Assembly: GCA_963707655.1 (NCBI GenBank)
Contig: OY970172.1
Location: 800,001 to 864,000 of the forward strand
Reading direction: 5' to 3'
DNA from: an uncultured bacterium
GTDB lineage: Bacteria; Babelota; Babeliae; Babelales; Vermiphilaceae
DNA length: 64,000 nt
In this document: piece after piece, positions 38,810-48,913 of the stretch
Layout: the number at the start of each line of letters is the position of its first letter
Position numbering within the stretch: the first letter of the stretch is position 1
Translations under genes and position numbers: made by a program
The notes under the pieces: model-generated
Database searches by the model: none
The model's input: the letters and a program-made list of their open reading frames with translations, nothing else
Told to the model about the DNA's origin: nothing

Positions 38810-38840
38810 AAAACCGCTTTTTTAAGCGGTTTTTTTATTT
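38810..38840 (+). terminator. Rho-independent terminator after tRNA
   Basis: AAAACCGCTT / AAGCGGTTTT followed by a T-run. Confidence 0.8.
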
Positions 38841-38920
38841 TTGCCCCATCTCTTGTAATACAAAAAACAGTCTTGATACAATCACCTTGTTCTCAACAAT
38901 CAATCTAAAAAGGGCATAGT

Positions 38921-39568
38921 ATGACTTGTTTTTTTAATGATACCTGCGCATGGGCATTGCTTATCATTCGCCTCCTGGTAGGCATCACCTTTGTTCTCCA
39001 TGGATCACAAAAAGTTTTTGGGTTGTTTGGCGGCCCCGGCCTGAGTCGATTTGCAGAATATATTACAACACTCGGATTCCCTGGGGTTCTTGGCTATTGC
39101 GCTGCTTTTACAGAATTGATTGGCGGTGTGCTGCTGGTGTTTGGCATAGTGCCTAAAATAGCCGCCTTCTTCCTGATTCTTGTTATGCTCGTTGCTCTAT
39201 GGAAAGTACACCTGCACCGCGGCCTCTTTATTCAAAACGGTGGTTATGAATACGTTCTCAATCTTATCATTCTTCTTATTGTTATTATTATTGCCGGGCC
39301 GGGCAAATGGAGCGTGATGGGCTGCGCAAGCAGCGCTCGCCACGCAATGGCCGCGCCTTTTGAAAATCTGTCTCCTGACGAAAAAGAGGTGATGGAGATG
39401 GTACAAACCATGACACCGGAAGACCAACAACAATTCTTTACCGGGCTCATGAAAGAGGTTGAGGCTGAAGCAGCTAAACTACCCCCTGAAGAGCAACGAA
39501 CATTTCTTGAAAACTTCTGGGCCGATGTTGAAAAAGAGGCATCTTTATTAGAAAAAGCTCGTCAGTAG
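38921..39568 (+). CDS. DoxX family membrane protein with acidic helical C-terminal extension
   Basis: LLIIRLLVG..FVLHGSQKVFG, ELIGG.LL..G, GGYEY, GPGKWS, then about 80 extra residues. Confidence 0.88.
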   Translation: MTCFFNDTCAWALLIIRLLVGITFVLHGSQKVFGLFGGPGLSRFAEYITTLGFPGVLGYCAAFTELIGGVLLVFGIVPKIAAFFLILVMLVALWKVHLHRGLFIQNGGYEYVLNLIILLIVIIIAGPGKWSVMGCASSARHAMAAPFENLSPDEKEVMEMVQTMTPEDQQQFFTGLMKEVEAEAAKLPPEEQRTFLENFWADVEKEASLLEKARQ

Positions 39569-39625
39569 CAGACAAGCTTTTTTCCTGTCTTCGCTCTCTG
39601 TATTAATGGTAAAAACAATCTGTAC

Positions 39626-39663
39626 AAGTTCCGGTTTACTCAAAAGCCGGAACTTTTTATTTT
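39626..39663 (+). terminator. Rho-independent terminator
   Basis: AAGTTCCGGTT / AGCCGGAACTT stem followed by TTTATTTT. Confidence 0.7.
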
Positions 39664-39779
39664 ACGCAATCATGAGAATCTATTCTTTTGTATCAGTATG
39701 AATCAGAAGATCGCCCTGTTCAACTGAGCAAAAAACGGGTATTATTAAAACAATAAAAGCCTATTAAACAGAGAAAAAC

Positions 39780-41645
39780 ATGATTAATGCCCATTCCCTA
39801 CGTCTCTCATTTGGGACCCAAGCTGTCTTTGACGGAATATCTTTTGCTGTTGATCAGGACCAAAGAATTGGCCTTGTAGGAAGAAACGGGTCAGGTAAAT
39901 CAACACTGCTCAAGGTAATTGCGAACCAACAAAGACTTGATGAAGGGTCAATCGCCATAGCAAAAGGCAAACGCATTGCCTATTTGCCGCAAGAAGTTAT
40001 CTTGGCATCCCACCAAACAGTAATGCAAGAAACGTTTTCTGCTTTTGCTGAGATTCAAGCACTGGAAGATGAGCGCCTTAAGCTTGAGCAGCAGTTTGCG
40101 CGCAGCAGCGAAAATGATGCCGAGGCGGTTGAGCGCTATGCATTTATTTGCGAACAACTCCAAAAATATAATCCTGAATCGGCTCGTGCAGAAGCAAAAC
40201 AGATGCTCATGGGCCTGGGGTTCAATGCGCAACAACTGGAAACATCTGTCAACAACCTAAGTGTTGGCTGGAAAATGCGTATTGTGCTCGCTAAACTCTT
40301 GTTACAAAAAGCTGATTTTTATCTTTTTGACGAACCCACCAACCACTTGGATATTGTTGCAAAAGATTGGTTCTTAACATTTTTAAAGAAATCATCTTTT
40401 GGCTTTATGATCGTCTCGCATGAACGCTACTTTTTAGACAAACTGTGCGATCATATTCTGGAGCTGGAACTGGGCAAGGGAAAGATGTATACCGGCAACT
40501 ATACCACGTATATGCAGCAAAAAGAACATGATAGCAAGTTGCTGGAAGCCGCCTATAAACAGCAACAAAAAGAAATCGCGCAGAAGATGGAGACCATTCA
40601 GCGATTTCGTGCCAAGGCTAACAAGGCTCGCATGGCACAGAGCATGATGAAAGCGGTTGATAAAATTGAGCGCATCACCTTGCCGCCACAGCAAAAAAGT
40701 ATCAGCTTCAACTTTCCCGCCCTGCAACAACCGGGAAGAATTATATTGAAAATCGAAAAAATCAAACACTCTTTCAACGCCAGAAAAATATTTGAAAATA
40801 TCTCGTGTGAAATTGAGCGGGGACAAAAAGTGGCAATCGTTGCGGGTAACGGCGTGGGGAAAACAACGCTGTTTAACATTATAGCCAAAAAAATTACCCT
40901 CCAAGGCGGTGACATTACTTTTGGACACAATGTGCAACACACTCTCTTTGATCAGGACCAAAATGTGAGTCTTGAGCAAAATTGGAGCATTTTGGAGAAC
41001 ATTTCCTATAATTGCCCCAAAAAAACGGACCAACAAGTAAGAAGCTTGCTCGGGGCGTTCCTTTTTGATTCAGATGACGTGAAGAAAAAGGTGAAGGTGC
41101 TCAGCGGCGGAGAAAAAAACCGCGTGGGGATGGTGAAAACATTATTGCAAGATGCTAACGTTATGCTTTTAGACGAACCCACCAACCATCTTGATATTCC
41201 CTCAAAAGAAATTTTGCTCAATGCATTGCGAGAATATCCGGGAACATTAATTTTTGTTTCTCACGATCATGATTTTGTAAACAATCTTGCCACGCACATT
41301 CTTGAATTGACCCCAGATGGCCTATATCGCTATGAGGGCAATTATGATTCATATCTGTATCAGAAAAAAATGAGCGCCGAGCCGGAACAAACAAGCGTTT
41401 CTGTCAAAAAAGAAAGCGCTCCGGAAAAAGCGCAGAAGAACAATTTTGAAACACAGAAAAAAATTAAATCCCTTGAAGCAAAGATAGAAAAAACAGAAAA
41501 AGAAATTGCGGGGCTCGAAGCATCATTTGCTGATATCGCCTATGGAAGCAACCCATTTTATCAAGCATCGCAAAGATTACAGCGATTGAAAAAAGAGTTG
41601 GCCGAATTTATTTCACAATGGGAAGAGCTTACTGCCGACTCGTAA
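39780..41645 (+). CDS. ABC-F family ATP-binding protein
   Basis: Two NBDs (GRNGSGKST, GNGVGKTT), two DEPTNHLD, linker YTGNY, C-terminal coiled coil, no TM. Confidence 0.94.
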   Translation: MINAHSLRLSFGTQAVFDGISFAVDQDQRIGLVGRNGSGKSTLLKVIANQQRLDEGSIAIAKGKRIAYLPQEVILASHQTVMQETFSAFAEIQALEDERLKLEQQFARSSENDAEAVERYAFICEQLQKYNPESARAEAKQMLMGLGFNAQQLETSVNNLSVGWKMRIVLAKLLLQKADFYLFDEPTNHLDIVAKDWFLTFLKKSSFGFMIVSHERYFLDKLCDHILELELGKGKMYTGNYTTYMQQKEHDSKLLEAAYKQQQKEIAQKMETIQRFRAKANKARMAQSMMKAVDKIERITLPPQQKSISFNFPALQQPGRIILKIEKIKHSFNARKIFENISCEIERGQKVAIVAGNGVGKTTLFNIIAKKITLQGGDITFGHNVQHTLFDQDQNVSLEQNWSILENISYNCPKKTDQQVRSLLGAFLFDSDDVKKKVKVLSGGEKNRVGMVKTLLQDANVMLLDEPTNHLDIPSKEILLNALREYPGTLIFVSHDHDFVNNLATHILELTPDGLYRYEGNYDSYLYQKKMSAEPEQTSVSVKKESAPEKAQKNNFETQKKIKSLEAKIEKTEKEIAGLEASFADIAYGSNPFYQASQRLQRLKKELAEFISQWEELTADS

Positions 41646-41693
41646 AAAATAACTGTAGTGCAAAGAAACAATGGAACCTCAAAAAAGGTAAAA

Positions 41694-42449
41694 ATGAATT
41701 ATAAAACATATCTATACATCGCGTTATGCTTTGCAAGTACTTCAGTCATCGCCATGGACGATTCACAAAAAACTGCTGAAAACCCGCCTGCAGCTTTGGT
41801 GAAAGCTCCTACTTTTCTTGATCTATTTTTGCTAGCACAAGAATTGCAACTTAAGCCAAAAAATGCACGCCCCCTACTCGCATCTGTTCGCGATTATCCG
41901 GAAACAGTTAAAGAGACTAACGGATCCAATCAAACACTGCTCCATGCACTGCTCACTCCGCAATTCATCATCGAACGTAAAAATTGTGATCAAAGAGCCC
42001 AATGGCACCAAACAACTACTATCAGATGTTTAGCTGCCATTCTTGATGTTGGCGTCAGCATTAAACAGGCTGATTGCTTCGGCGATACTCCCTTGCATTG
42101 CGCCGCAAAACAGTGCGCGCCTTTACCTATTCTTGCATATCTTATTGAGCAGGACCCATCATCTGTTATTAAAATAAATAAAAGCGGTTACACCGCACAG
42201 GATCTTTTTTTTAACAACATCTCTTTATTGCCCATGCCAGAACCGGAAGACTCTTTAGCCTATAAGCTATCAATCCTGCGCAAGAGTCTAATTGAACTGC
42301 ATGCAATGCTCGATATAGAAGAACTATTGTCTCCTGACCAAAGATCAAAAAACAAATCCGGTTCTTCCGATCATGCTGACCGTAGCTCGTCTAGCGCGTC
42401 AGACACACTGAGCACACATAGAAAAAAATTATCAACAGAGGAACAATGA
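41694..42449 (+). CDS. Secreted ankyrin-repeat protein
   Basis: Signal peptide from MNYKTYL. NQTLLHALL, ADCFGDTPLHCAA, NKSGYTAQDL. Confidence 0.82.
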   Translation: MNYKTYLYIALCFASTSVIAMDDSQKTAENPPAALVKAPTFLDLFLLAQELQLKPKNARPLLASVRDYPETVKETNGSNQTLLHALLTPQFIIERKNCDQRAQWHQTTTIRCLAAILDVGVSIKQADCFGDTPLHCAAKQCAPLPILAYLIEQDPSSVIKINKSGYTAQDLFFNNISLLPMPEPEDSLAYKLSILRKSLIELHAMLDIEELLSPDQRSKNKSGSSDHADRSSSSASDTLSTHRKKLSTEEQ

Positions 42450-42895
42450 TGAAATACAGTGCTATGATACTCACCATATCCGTCTTTTATTCAACAATGG
42501 CAAGCGAAAATCCTGCCAGCCCATCGTCTCAGAAACCAGTCTCAATTCCACCCAGAATTGTACTCCGTAAAAAATCTTCTCGGGGAAGGATTCATTCTTC
42601 AAGCGATGCCTTGTCTATTGAATCACCCAACTCCTCCCCGCGCTCTCAGGAGTCTACTCCCCGAAGCCAGTCCCCCGGGCGGCAACGACCAAATAATCCT
42701 GATTCTCCGCGCAGCGCGAGTTTAAGCAGTTTATTAAATTCTTTTGCCAATAAATGGTCAGAGCGTCTTGATGCCGGGACGGCGAGCACAGAAGACTATG
42801 CAAAAAGCATTGAAAATCTAGCAAGCGCATTGCATGCCCTTGCTAGTCAAGAAGCGCATAGTGCCGCCAAACAAGACGAACCCCAAGACGTTTGA
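42446..42895 (+). CDS. Secreted Ser/Pro/Arg-rich low-complexity protein
   Basis: Signal peptide. Multiple SP/TP-R motifs. Overlaps the ankyrin gene by 4 nt. Confidence 0.7.
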   Translation: MMKYSAMILTISVFYSTMASENPASPSSQKPVSIPPRIVLRKKSSRGRIHSSSDALSIESPNSSPRSQESTPRSQSPGRQRPNNPDSPRSASLSSLLNSFANKWSERLDAGTASTEDYAKSIENLASALHALASQEAHSAAKQDEPQDV

Positions 42896-43110
42896 TGTCG
42901 CAACCTGCGATGACCGCGAATTAAGATCACGAATATACGGCTTCTCACTATCCAGAAGACAGCTGCTGACAATGCTTTATGATAATGGTACCTTTGCAAA
43001 CAACGGTTGTTCTATGGCATACTGCAAATACAACAGTGGTGTATAACGCGGAAAGCCGTAGGACCGGCGAGTTGCAATGCCAAGCTATTTTAATAAAGGA
43101 GTTTTAAACG

Positions 43111-43584
43111 ATGAACAGGATAAAAATAGCACTATGCTCTCTTGCCCTTATGCGCAGCGCTGCGCTGTGCTCGGATTATGCCCCTAGCGTGCTCCAATCG
43201 GGTGGGCTCATCGTATTGGCAGAAAAAATAAAAAATTCCTCTGAACTAAAAATTATTGTTGCAAAAGAGATCAGCACTCAAGCGCTGCCGGCAAATCACC
43301 GTCAAGAGATCACCGATCTGCTCGCTCAAACTCAATTATTGAGTGAGCGCCTTTTAACCCGCCATCGCCAGGAAAGCGAAAAACTTATTATTGCTCAAAA
43401 ACAATTGCAAAACTTGCTCGATACCGAATCTGAAAGAATATCTAATGCTCAGGCAGTTTTGTGTTCATTGGCAAACGATGAAATAGCGAATCTAGAATCA
43501 ATCTTGGATCTGCTTGCCGAAGAGATACAAGAAACGCAGCAAAAAAAGGCTGCTCTAGAACGATGGATTAAACAAAGATCATAA
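43111..43584 (+). CDS. Secreted coiled-coil hypothetical protein
   Basis: AAGGAG RBS, signal peptide, heptad-like L/Q/E-rich helices. Confidence 0.72.
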   Translation: MNRIKIALCSLALMRSAALCSDYAPSVLQSGGLIVLAEKIKNSSELKIIVAKEISTQALPANHRQEITDLLAQTQLLSERLLTRHRQESEKLIIAQKQLQNLLDTESERISNAQAVLCSLANDEIANLESILDLLAEEIQETQQKKAALERWIKQRS

Positions 43585-43611
43585 GAGCCGCATATTTTCT
43601 CTGGTCCAATA

Positions 43612-44055
43612 CTATAGATGCTTATTATCTTGCAAAAATGCGCATGCATGCTTGAGAACATCTTGTGCGTTCTGATAGGTTAATTTTTCTAATGAGCGCT
43701 CAAATGAAAGCCACATAAAATCTTGGTGTTCATGGGAAAGGACAATAGTCTTTTCATCTTCATTATTCTTGCCAAGAAAAAAATAGACTATTTTTTCTGT
43801 AGTCTTCCCATCATAATCAGTAAAAATATATGACAACTGTTCTTGAAAGCCCGGTATCAGTGTTGCGCCCTGCAGGCCCGTTTCTTCATGCAATTCGCGC
43901 AATGCTGCTTGTTCTTTTGTTTCATTCTGCTCAATTTTTCCCTTTGGCAAATCCCAATGGCCCGAGGCATACTGTAGCAAAAGATATTCAATAGCATTGT
44001 TGCGAGAACGGCATAAAATAATGCCGGCAGATTGTTGATGTTTCATAAGAATCAA
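43612..44055 (-). CDS. Nudix hydrolase (Ap4A hydrolase-like)
   Basis: SAGII, HWDLPKGKIEQNETKEQAALRELHEETGL Nudix box, LSHEH...W. Confidence 0.9.
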   Translation of the reverse strand: MILMKHQQSAGIILCRSRNNAIEYLLLQYASGHWDLPKGKIEQNETKEQAALRELHEETGLQGATLIPGFQEQLSYIFTDYDGKTTEKIVYFFLGKNNEDEKTIVLSHEHQDFMWLSFERSLEKLTYQNAQDVLKHACAFLQDNKHL

Positions 44056-45605
44056 TCGAGAAAATAAAGTTTTACTTTAAACAATTTCCTTGTGTACAAA
44101 AGCAGTAAAAATGCGCCTGCACACAAAGGGCCGACCCATAGCCAAAAGCCCATGCTGTGGAGCAAAAAATATGAAAGGGATGGCGCAAGCGTCCCAAAGG
44201 CGTAATAGAGCCCGGCATAGGCCAACATCATTCCGCCTCCAACTGCCGCCAGTTGTATAGTGTACCGATACAAGAATTCAAGAAATGCTTTGCCATAAAA
44301 AGAAAAATTAAGCTTATAATAAAGAAAAAAGAGAGAAAGAGCCGTTTGAACTGCCGCGGCGATGGTGGTTCCCAATGCGAGGCCGGGAGCCTGCATACAA
44401 CGAATTAATACAAAATTAAGAATAATATTTACCCCCATCGAAATGACTGAAATAATTGCCGGGACAAAAGTATTGTGGGATGCATAATAAATGTTCAGCA
44501 ATATCTTGTTCAAAGAGAAAAAGAATAACCCCGCAACAGAGGCGATCAAAATGTTTCCTGTCATTACCGCCTGCGCCATAGAAAATTTTTCCGATACAAA
44601 AAGAGTGTAAAAAATTTGATGCGCAAAAAACATCATGCCCAGTGTGACCGGTACCGTCACCCAAAAAATAAGCTTTGTGCTTTCAAGCAAATAAAAGCTG
44701 AGTCGCCTTGGTGCATAGCTACTGATGCGTGAAAAATGGGGAAGCAATATAGTTGAAAAAGCGGTGGCAAAAGCGCCAAGAGGGATCCCCATAAAACGAT
44801 TGGCATATTGTAATCCTGAAATAGCACCGGGAATGTATGAAGCGAATGCTGTATCAATAAACAAGCTGACCTCTGCCATTGCCATGCCGGGGATACAGGT
44901 AACAAATTTCAAAAGAATTTGCCCTCCAACATCAAGACTCTTTCTTGTTGGCCCGGTAAAACCGAGCCGGAGGTGCAAATAAATCATAACGTGTGCGAGA
45001 AACTGAACAAATCCCCCAATAACCACTAAATAACAAAATGAAATGGTAGGGAAATTACATGCCATGCTCACCATCAGGCCCACAATCAGAACGGCATTAA
45101 ATAGTATCGGTGCAACGGCGGGAATAAAAAAATGATTTACCGCTTGCAAAGCACCGGCGAATAAGGCGCAGCCAGAAATAAAAAAAACAAAGGGAGTTAA
45201 AACAACCAACATAGGCACTGTTTGTACGATTTGCTCGGGAGTAAAGCCGGGCGTGAGCAGCGCAAGCAATGGCTTTGAAAATAAAAGAATAATACTGCAA
45301 AAGAGCAGCAATAATCCTTCAAACACTATGCACACCAAAGTCATCAAAGCATTTACCTCATGCTTGCCGCCGGTGCGCATGGTATGGACCACGCTGGGAA
45401 CAAAAGCGGCAGATAATGCGCCTTCAGCAAAAATTTTTCTAAAAAAATTGGGAATTCTATATGCTGCCCAAAAAGTATCTGCTACCCCTAAATAACGCGC
45501 AAGTATAAGCTCACGAACAAGACCAAAAGCGCGGCTCAAAAGGGTTAAGCTTCCTGTCTCTATGGTTTTTTTTCGAATATTATTTTTGGTTAATACTTGT
45601 GTCAT
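44052..45605 (-). CDS. murJ: Lipid II flippase MurJ
   Basis: LSRAFGLVRE, RIPNFFRKIFAEGALSAAFVP, YANRFMGIPLG, GLALGTT. Confidence 0.93.
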   Translation of the reverse strand: MTQVLTKNNIRKKTIETGSLTLLSRAFGLVRELILARYLGVADTFWAAYRIPNFFRKIFAEGALSAAFVPSVVHTMRTGGKHEVNALMTLVCIVFEGLLLLFCSIILLFSKPLLALLTPGFTPEQIVQTVPMLVVLTPFVFFISGCALFAGALQAVNHFFIPAVAPILFNAVLIVGLMVSMACNFPTISFCYLVVIGGFVQFLAHVMIYLHLRLGFTGPTRKSLDVGGQILLKFVTCIPGMAMAEVSLFIDTAFASYIPGAISGLQYANRFMGIPLGAFATAFSTILLPHFSRISSYAPRRLSFYLLESTKLIFWVTVPVTLGMMFFAHQIFYTLFVSEKFSMAQAVMTGNILIASVAGLFFFSLNKILLNIYYASHNTFVPAIISVISMGVNIILNFVLIRCMQAPGLALGTTIAAAVQTALSLFFLYYKLNFSFYGKAFLEFLYRYTIQLAAVGGGMMLAYAGLYYAFGTLAPSLSYFLLHSMGFWLWVGPLCAGAFLLLLYTRKLFKVKLYFLD

Positions 45606-45673
45606 GGTGTGGTTCTTTTCTCAAAGATGAGGTATAGGTAATCACATGAATCTGTATAATTTAAACATAAAAA

Positions 45674-46363
45674 TCATTTTATTCTAGCTATTCTCCCATC
45701 GCGTAACTCATAAATAATTTCCATGCACTCAGAAACATACCGGTCATGAGAGCTGATTATTACTCCCATGCCCCACTCATTTTTGCAGGAAACCAGTAAA
45801 TCAATAATCTGCTTGCCGGTGTGCGGATCAAGGTTGCTTGTTGGCTCATCAGCAATAATAAATTTTGGCTTATTAAATAGCGCCCGAGCAAGAGCAACGC
45901 GTTGCTGCTGACCACCGGAAAGCTGAAATGGCTTGTGAGCCATTCGATCTGCCAGTCCAAGGTGCTCTAAAAGTTCTCGTGAACGTGGCAAACAATTATT
46001 GTATGACCGACCGGCAATTAACCCGGGAATGATCACATTTTCTTCTGCGGAAAGCTCTGCAATAAGATGCGGCACCTGAAACAAAAGGCCAAACGTATTG
46101 GTACGCAGCTCGGCAAGATCGGCCTCATTCATATGTGCATACATGCATGAATCATAAAGAAGGGTTCCTGACGATGGTTGATCAAGAGCCGCAATTACAT
46201 GGAGCAGGGTAGATTTTCCACTGCCCGATATGCCGGTAATTGCGTAGCTGTTGCCCTGCTCAAAAGCTATGCTCAAGTCATTTAACACAGGAACCAGCGC
46301 GGGTCCTTGCCTATATGTTTTGCATATATTGGTAAGGGTAATAATTGATTTTTTGCTGCTCAT
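45674..46363 (-). CDS. ABC ATP-binding protein, LolD-like
   Basis: GISGSGKST, LSGGQQQRVALARAL, ADEPTSNLD. Confidence 0.8.
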   Translation of the reverse strand: MSSKKSIITLTNICKTYRQGPALVPVLNDLSIAFEQGNSYAITGISGSGKSTLLHVIAALDQPSSGTLLYDSCMYAHMNEADLAELRTNTFGLLFQVPHLIAELSAEENVIIPGLIAGRSYNNCLPRSRELLEHLGLADRMAHKPFQLSGGQQQRVALARALFNKPKFIIADEPTSNLDPHTGKQIIDLLVSCKNEWGMGVIISSHDRYVSECMEIIYELRDGRIARIK

Positions 46364-46523
46364 TTAACATGGACTCATTATAAAAAGGCGTAATTCACAT
46401 GGCTTTTTTTATTTTATCAGATGAGTATTGTTTTGTATAAACAGCATCAACTACACTGAGTTTAGGGATAAAAAAGAGGGGGCGGGAAAGACAATGCTTT
46501 CTTGCCAAACAGGGGGGGACACA

Positions 46524-48875
46524 ATGAAGACACTACTCAACAAAGAAATACGTGAAGCAATTCCAGAAATTTTACCGGTCATTCCAACACTGGATGTGGT
46601 GGTATTTCCGCACATGATCGTGCCATTGATGGTTTTAGATGAAAAAATTATCACGGGGATCAATAATTCTTTGCAAGAATCTAAACTTATACTTTTACTT
46701 GCTGCAAAAAAACAGCTTGATGATCAAGAAGTAATTGGCACCAAGGATTTACACACGGTGGGGACCATTGCATCGGTCATGCGTCTTATTAAAATCCCTG
46801 AAGGAGGGGTAAAAATATTGGTGCAGGGTCTGTGCAAAGCACGTGCGCTCAATCTTTTGACAGAAAATGAAAGTCTTTACGCGAGCGTTGAACCGATAGA
46901 AGCGGCTGAAAAAAATGAAAACGACGAAATGATCATTGCCCAAATCAAAAACATCAAAGCTTTGAGTGAAAAACTATCGGGAACAAGCAGTTCATTTAGC
47001 CCCGATTTTCATCTCATCATTTCAAAAATCAATGATCCGGAAAAAATAGCTGATTTTATTTTATCGCATCTCACCTTGTCGATTGATCAAGCGCAGATGT
47101 TGCTGGAAACTGACAACCAACAAGAGCTGCTTGCATCGCTATATAATTATTTATACAAAGAGATAGAAGTCGCCGAAATGCAGGAAAAAATTCGCAATCA
47201 CGCCCGCGATTCTATGAACAAGGCGCAAAAAGAATTTTACCTCCGCGAGCAAATTCGCGCTATTAAAAAAGAACTTGGCGAAGATGATGTACAAGAGCTT
47301 GATGGCATGCGTGAAAAGCTTGAATCATTGCAATTAACCGCTGAAACAAAAACTGAAATTCAACGCCAACTCTCGCGTCTTGAGCGCACCGCTCCCGATT
47401 CGATGGAGGCAACCGTAATCCGCAATTATCTGGAATGGGTTTTTGCATTACCTTGGGGTGTAGAAACAGATGAGATTCTTGATATTAATTTCGCAAAAAA
47501 TGTACTTGATGAAGATCATTATGGCTTGAAAGAAATAAAAGATCGCATTCTTGATTTCATTTCAATACGCCACCTAAAGCAAGATGGCTATGCACCAATT
47601 TTATGCTTTGTAGGGCCGCCGGGAACCGGTAAGACTTCTTTAGGCAAATCAATAGCCCGCAGTTTGGGAAGAAATTACGCTCGCATCTCTTTGGGCGGGG
47701 TAAAGGACGAAGCAGAAATCAGGGGTCATCGCCGCACGTACGTGGGAGCAATGCCCGGGCGCTTTATTCAAGCATTGCGCAAAGTGGGTTCAAACAATCC
47801 TCTTATCGTTATTGATGAGCTTGATAAGATTGGCTCTGATTTTAGAGGCGATCCGTCAGCCGCCATGCTTGAGGTGCTCGATCCGCAACAAAACAAGACT
47901 TTTTATGACAATTATCTGGGCATTCCTTATGATCTGTCTCGCGCTATGTTCGTTGCAACAGCAAACAGCCTTGATTCAATTTCTGAGCCGCTTAAAGATC
48001 GTATGGAAATCATAGAGCTGAGTGGCTATACCCTTGATGAAAAAGTGAACATCGCCAAGCGTCATTTAGTAAAAAGAGCAACAACGGATGCCGGCCTTGA
48101 AAATCATGAAATTCATTTCAATGATGATCTGTTACAAGATATCATCATGAATTACACGCGTGAATCGGGTGTGCGCCAGTGTGAGCGTTTAATTCGCAAG
48201 CTTTGCTCAAAAACAGCCCGTTCATTTGTAGAAAAACATAGTATTATCTCATTTGATCTACAAAATCTGCCCCAATATCTTGGTCCGCGCCGCTTCCTGG
48301 AAGATGAACATGCCATTGACGACCAGGTAGGTATTACCAACGGTCTGGCCTGGACACCCTATGGGGGTGAAATGCTTAAAATTGAGGCGGTACTTATGCC
48401 GGGCAAAGGCAAATTAATGCTTACCGGACAGCTTGGCAACGTGATGAAAGAATCGGCACAGGCAGCTTTGAGTTATGCCCGTACACACGCCAAAGAATTT
48501 AAAATTTCCGAGCGTGCGTTCACCCATCATGATCTGCATATTCATGTGCCCGCCGGAGCGGTGCCAAAAGATGGCCCTTCTGCCGGTATAACTATGTTGA
48601 CTTCAATTCTTTCTGCCTTAACGCAGCGACCAATAAATTCACGTTACGCAATGACGGGAGAATTGAATTTGCGCGGAGATGTAATGCCAATTGGCGGCGT
48701 GAAAGAAAAAATTCTTGCCGCAAAACGCAATAAGGTTTCGCATATCATTCTGCCGATGAAAAACAAACATGACGTGGTTGATATCGATGATATTATGAAA
48801 GACATAAACTTAATTTTCGTTTCTCATGCGCAAGAAGTACTGGATGCAGTACTTATGCCATTGCTGGAAGCGTAA
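46524..48875 (+). CDS. lon: ATP-dependent protease Lon
   Basis: N domain VVFP, GPPGTGKTS, RGHRRTYVGAMPG, PKDGPSAG, GGVKEK. ATG at 46524 follows a G-rich RBS. Confidence 0.97.
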   Translation: MKTLLNKEIREAIPEILPVIPTLDVVVFPHMIVPLMVLDEKIITGINNSLQESKLILLLAAKKQLDDQEVIGTKDLHTVGTIASVMRLIKIPEGGVKILVQGLCKARALNLLTENESLYASVEPIEAAEKNENDEMIIAQIKNIKALSEKLSGTSSSFSPDFHLIISKINDPEKIADFILSHLTLSIDQAQMLLETDNQQELLASLYNYLYKEIEVAEMQEKIRNHARDSMNKAQKEFYLREQIRAIKKELGEDDVQELDGMREKLESLQLTAETKTEIQRQLSRLERTAPDSMEATVIRNYLEWVFALPWGVETDEILDINFAKNVLDEDHYGLKEIKDRILDFISIRHLKQDGYAPILCFVGPPGTGKTSLGKSIARSLGRNYARISLGGVKDEAEIRGHRRTYVGAMPGRFIQALRKVGSNNPLIVIDELDKIGSDFRGDPSAAMLEVLDPQQNKTFYDNYLGIPYDLSRAMFVATANSLDSISEPLKDRMEIIELSGYTLDEKVNIAKRHLVKRATTDAGLENHEIHFNDDLLQDIIMNYTRESGVRQCERLIRKLCSKTARSFVEKHSIISFDLQNLPQYLGPRRFLEDEHAIDDQVGITNGLAWTPYGGEMLKIEAVLMPGKGKLMLTGQLGNVMKESAQAALSYARTHAKEFKISERAFTHHDLHIHVPAGAVPKDGPSAGITMLTSILSALTQRPINSRYAMTGELNLRGDVMPIGGVKEKILAAKRNKVSHIILPMKNKHDVVDIDDIMKDINLIFVSHAQEVLDAVLMPLLEA

Positions 48876-48913
48876 AAAGAAATCAGGGGTGATTTGTTCC
48901 ATGACTATCACCC

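Noticed and set aside
42834..43046. 70-aa ORF and partial inverted repeats (TACGGCTT/AAGCCGTA) in the spacer
   Set aside because: No RBS or motif, it overlaps the upstream gene, and the pairing is too sparse to support an ncRNA.
46364..46523. Search for a CIRCE heat-shock operator upstream of lon
   Set aside because: No TTAGCACTC-N9-GAGTGCTAA match was seen.
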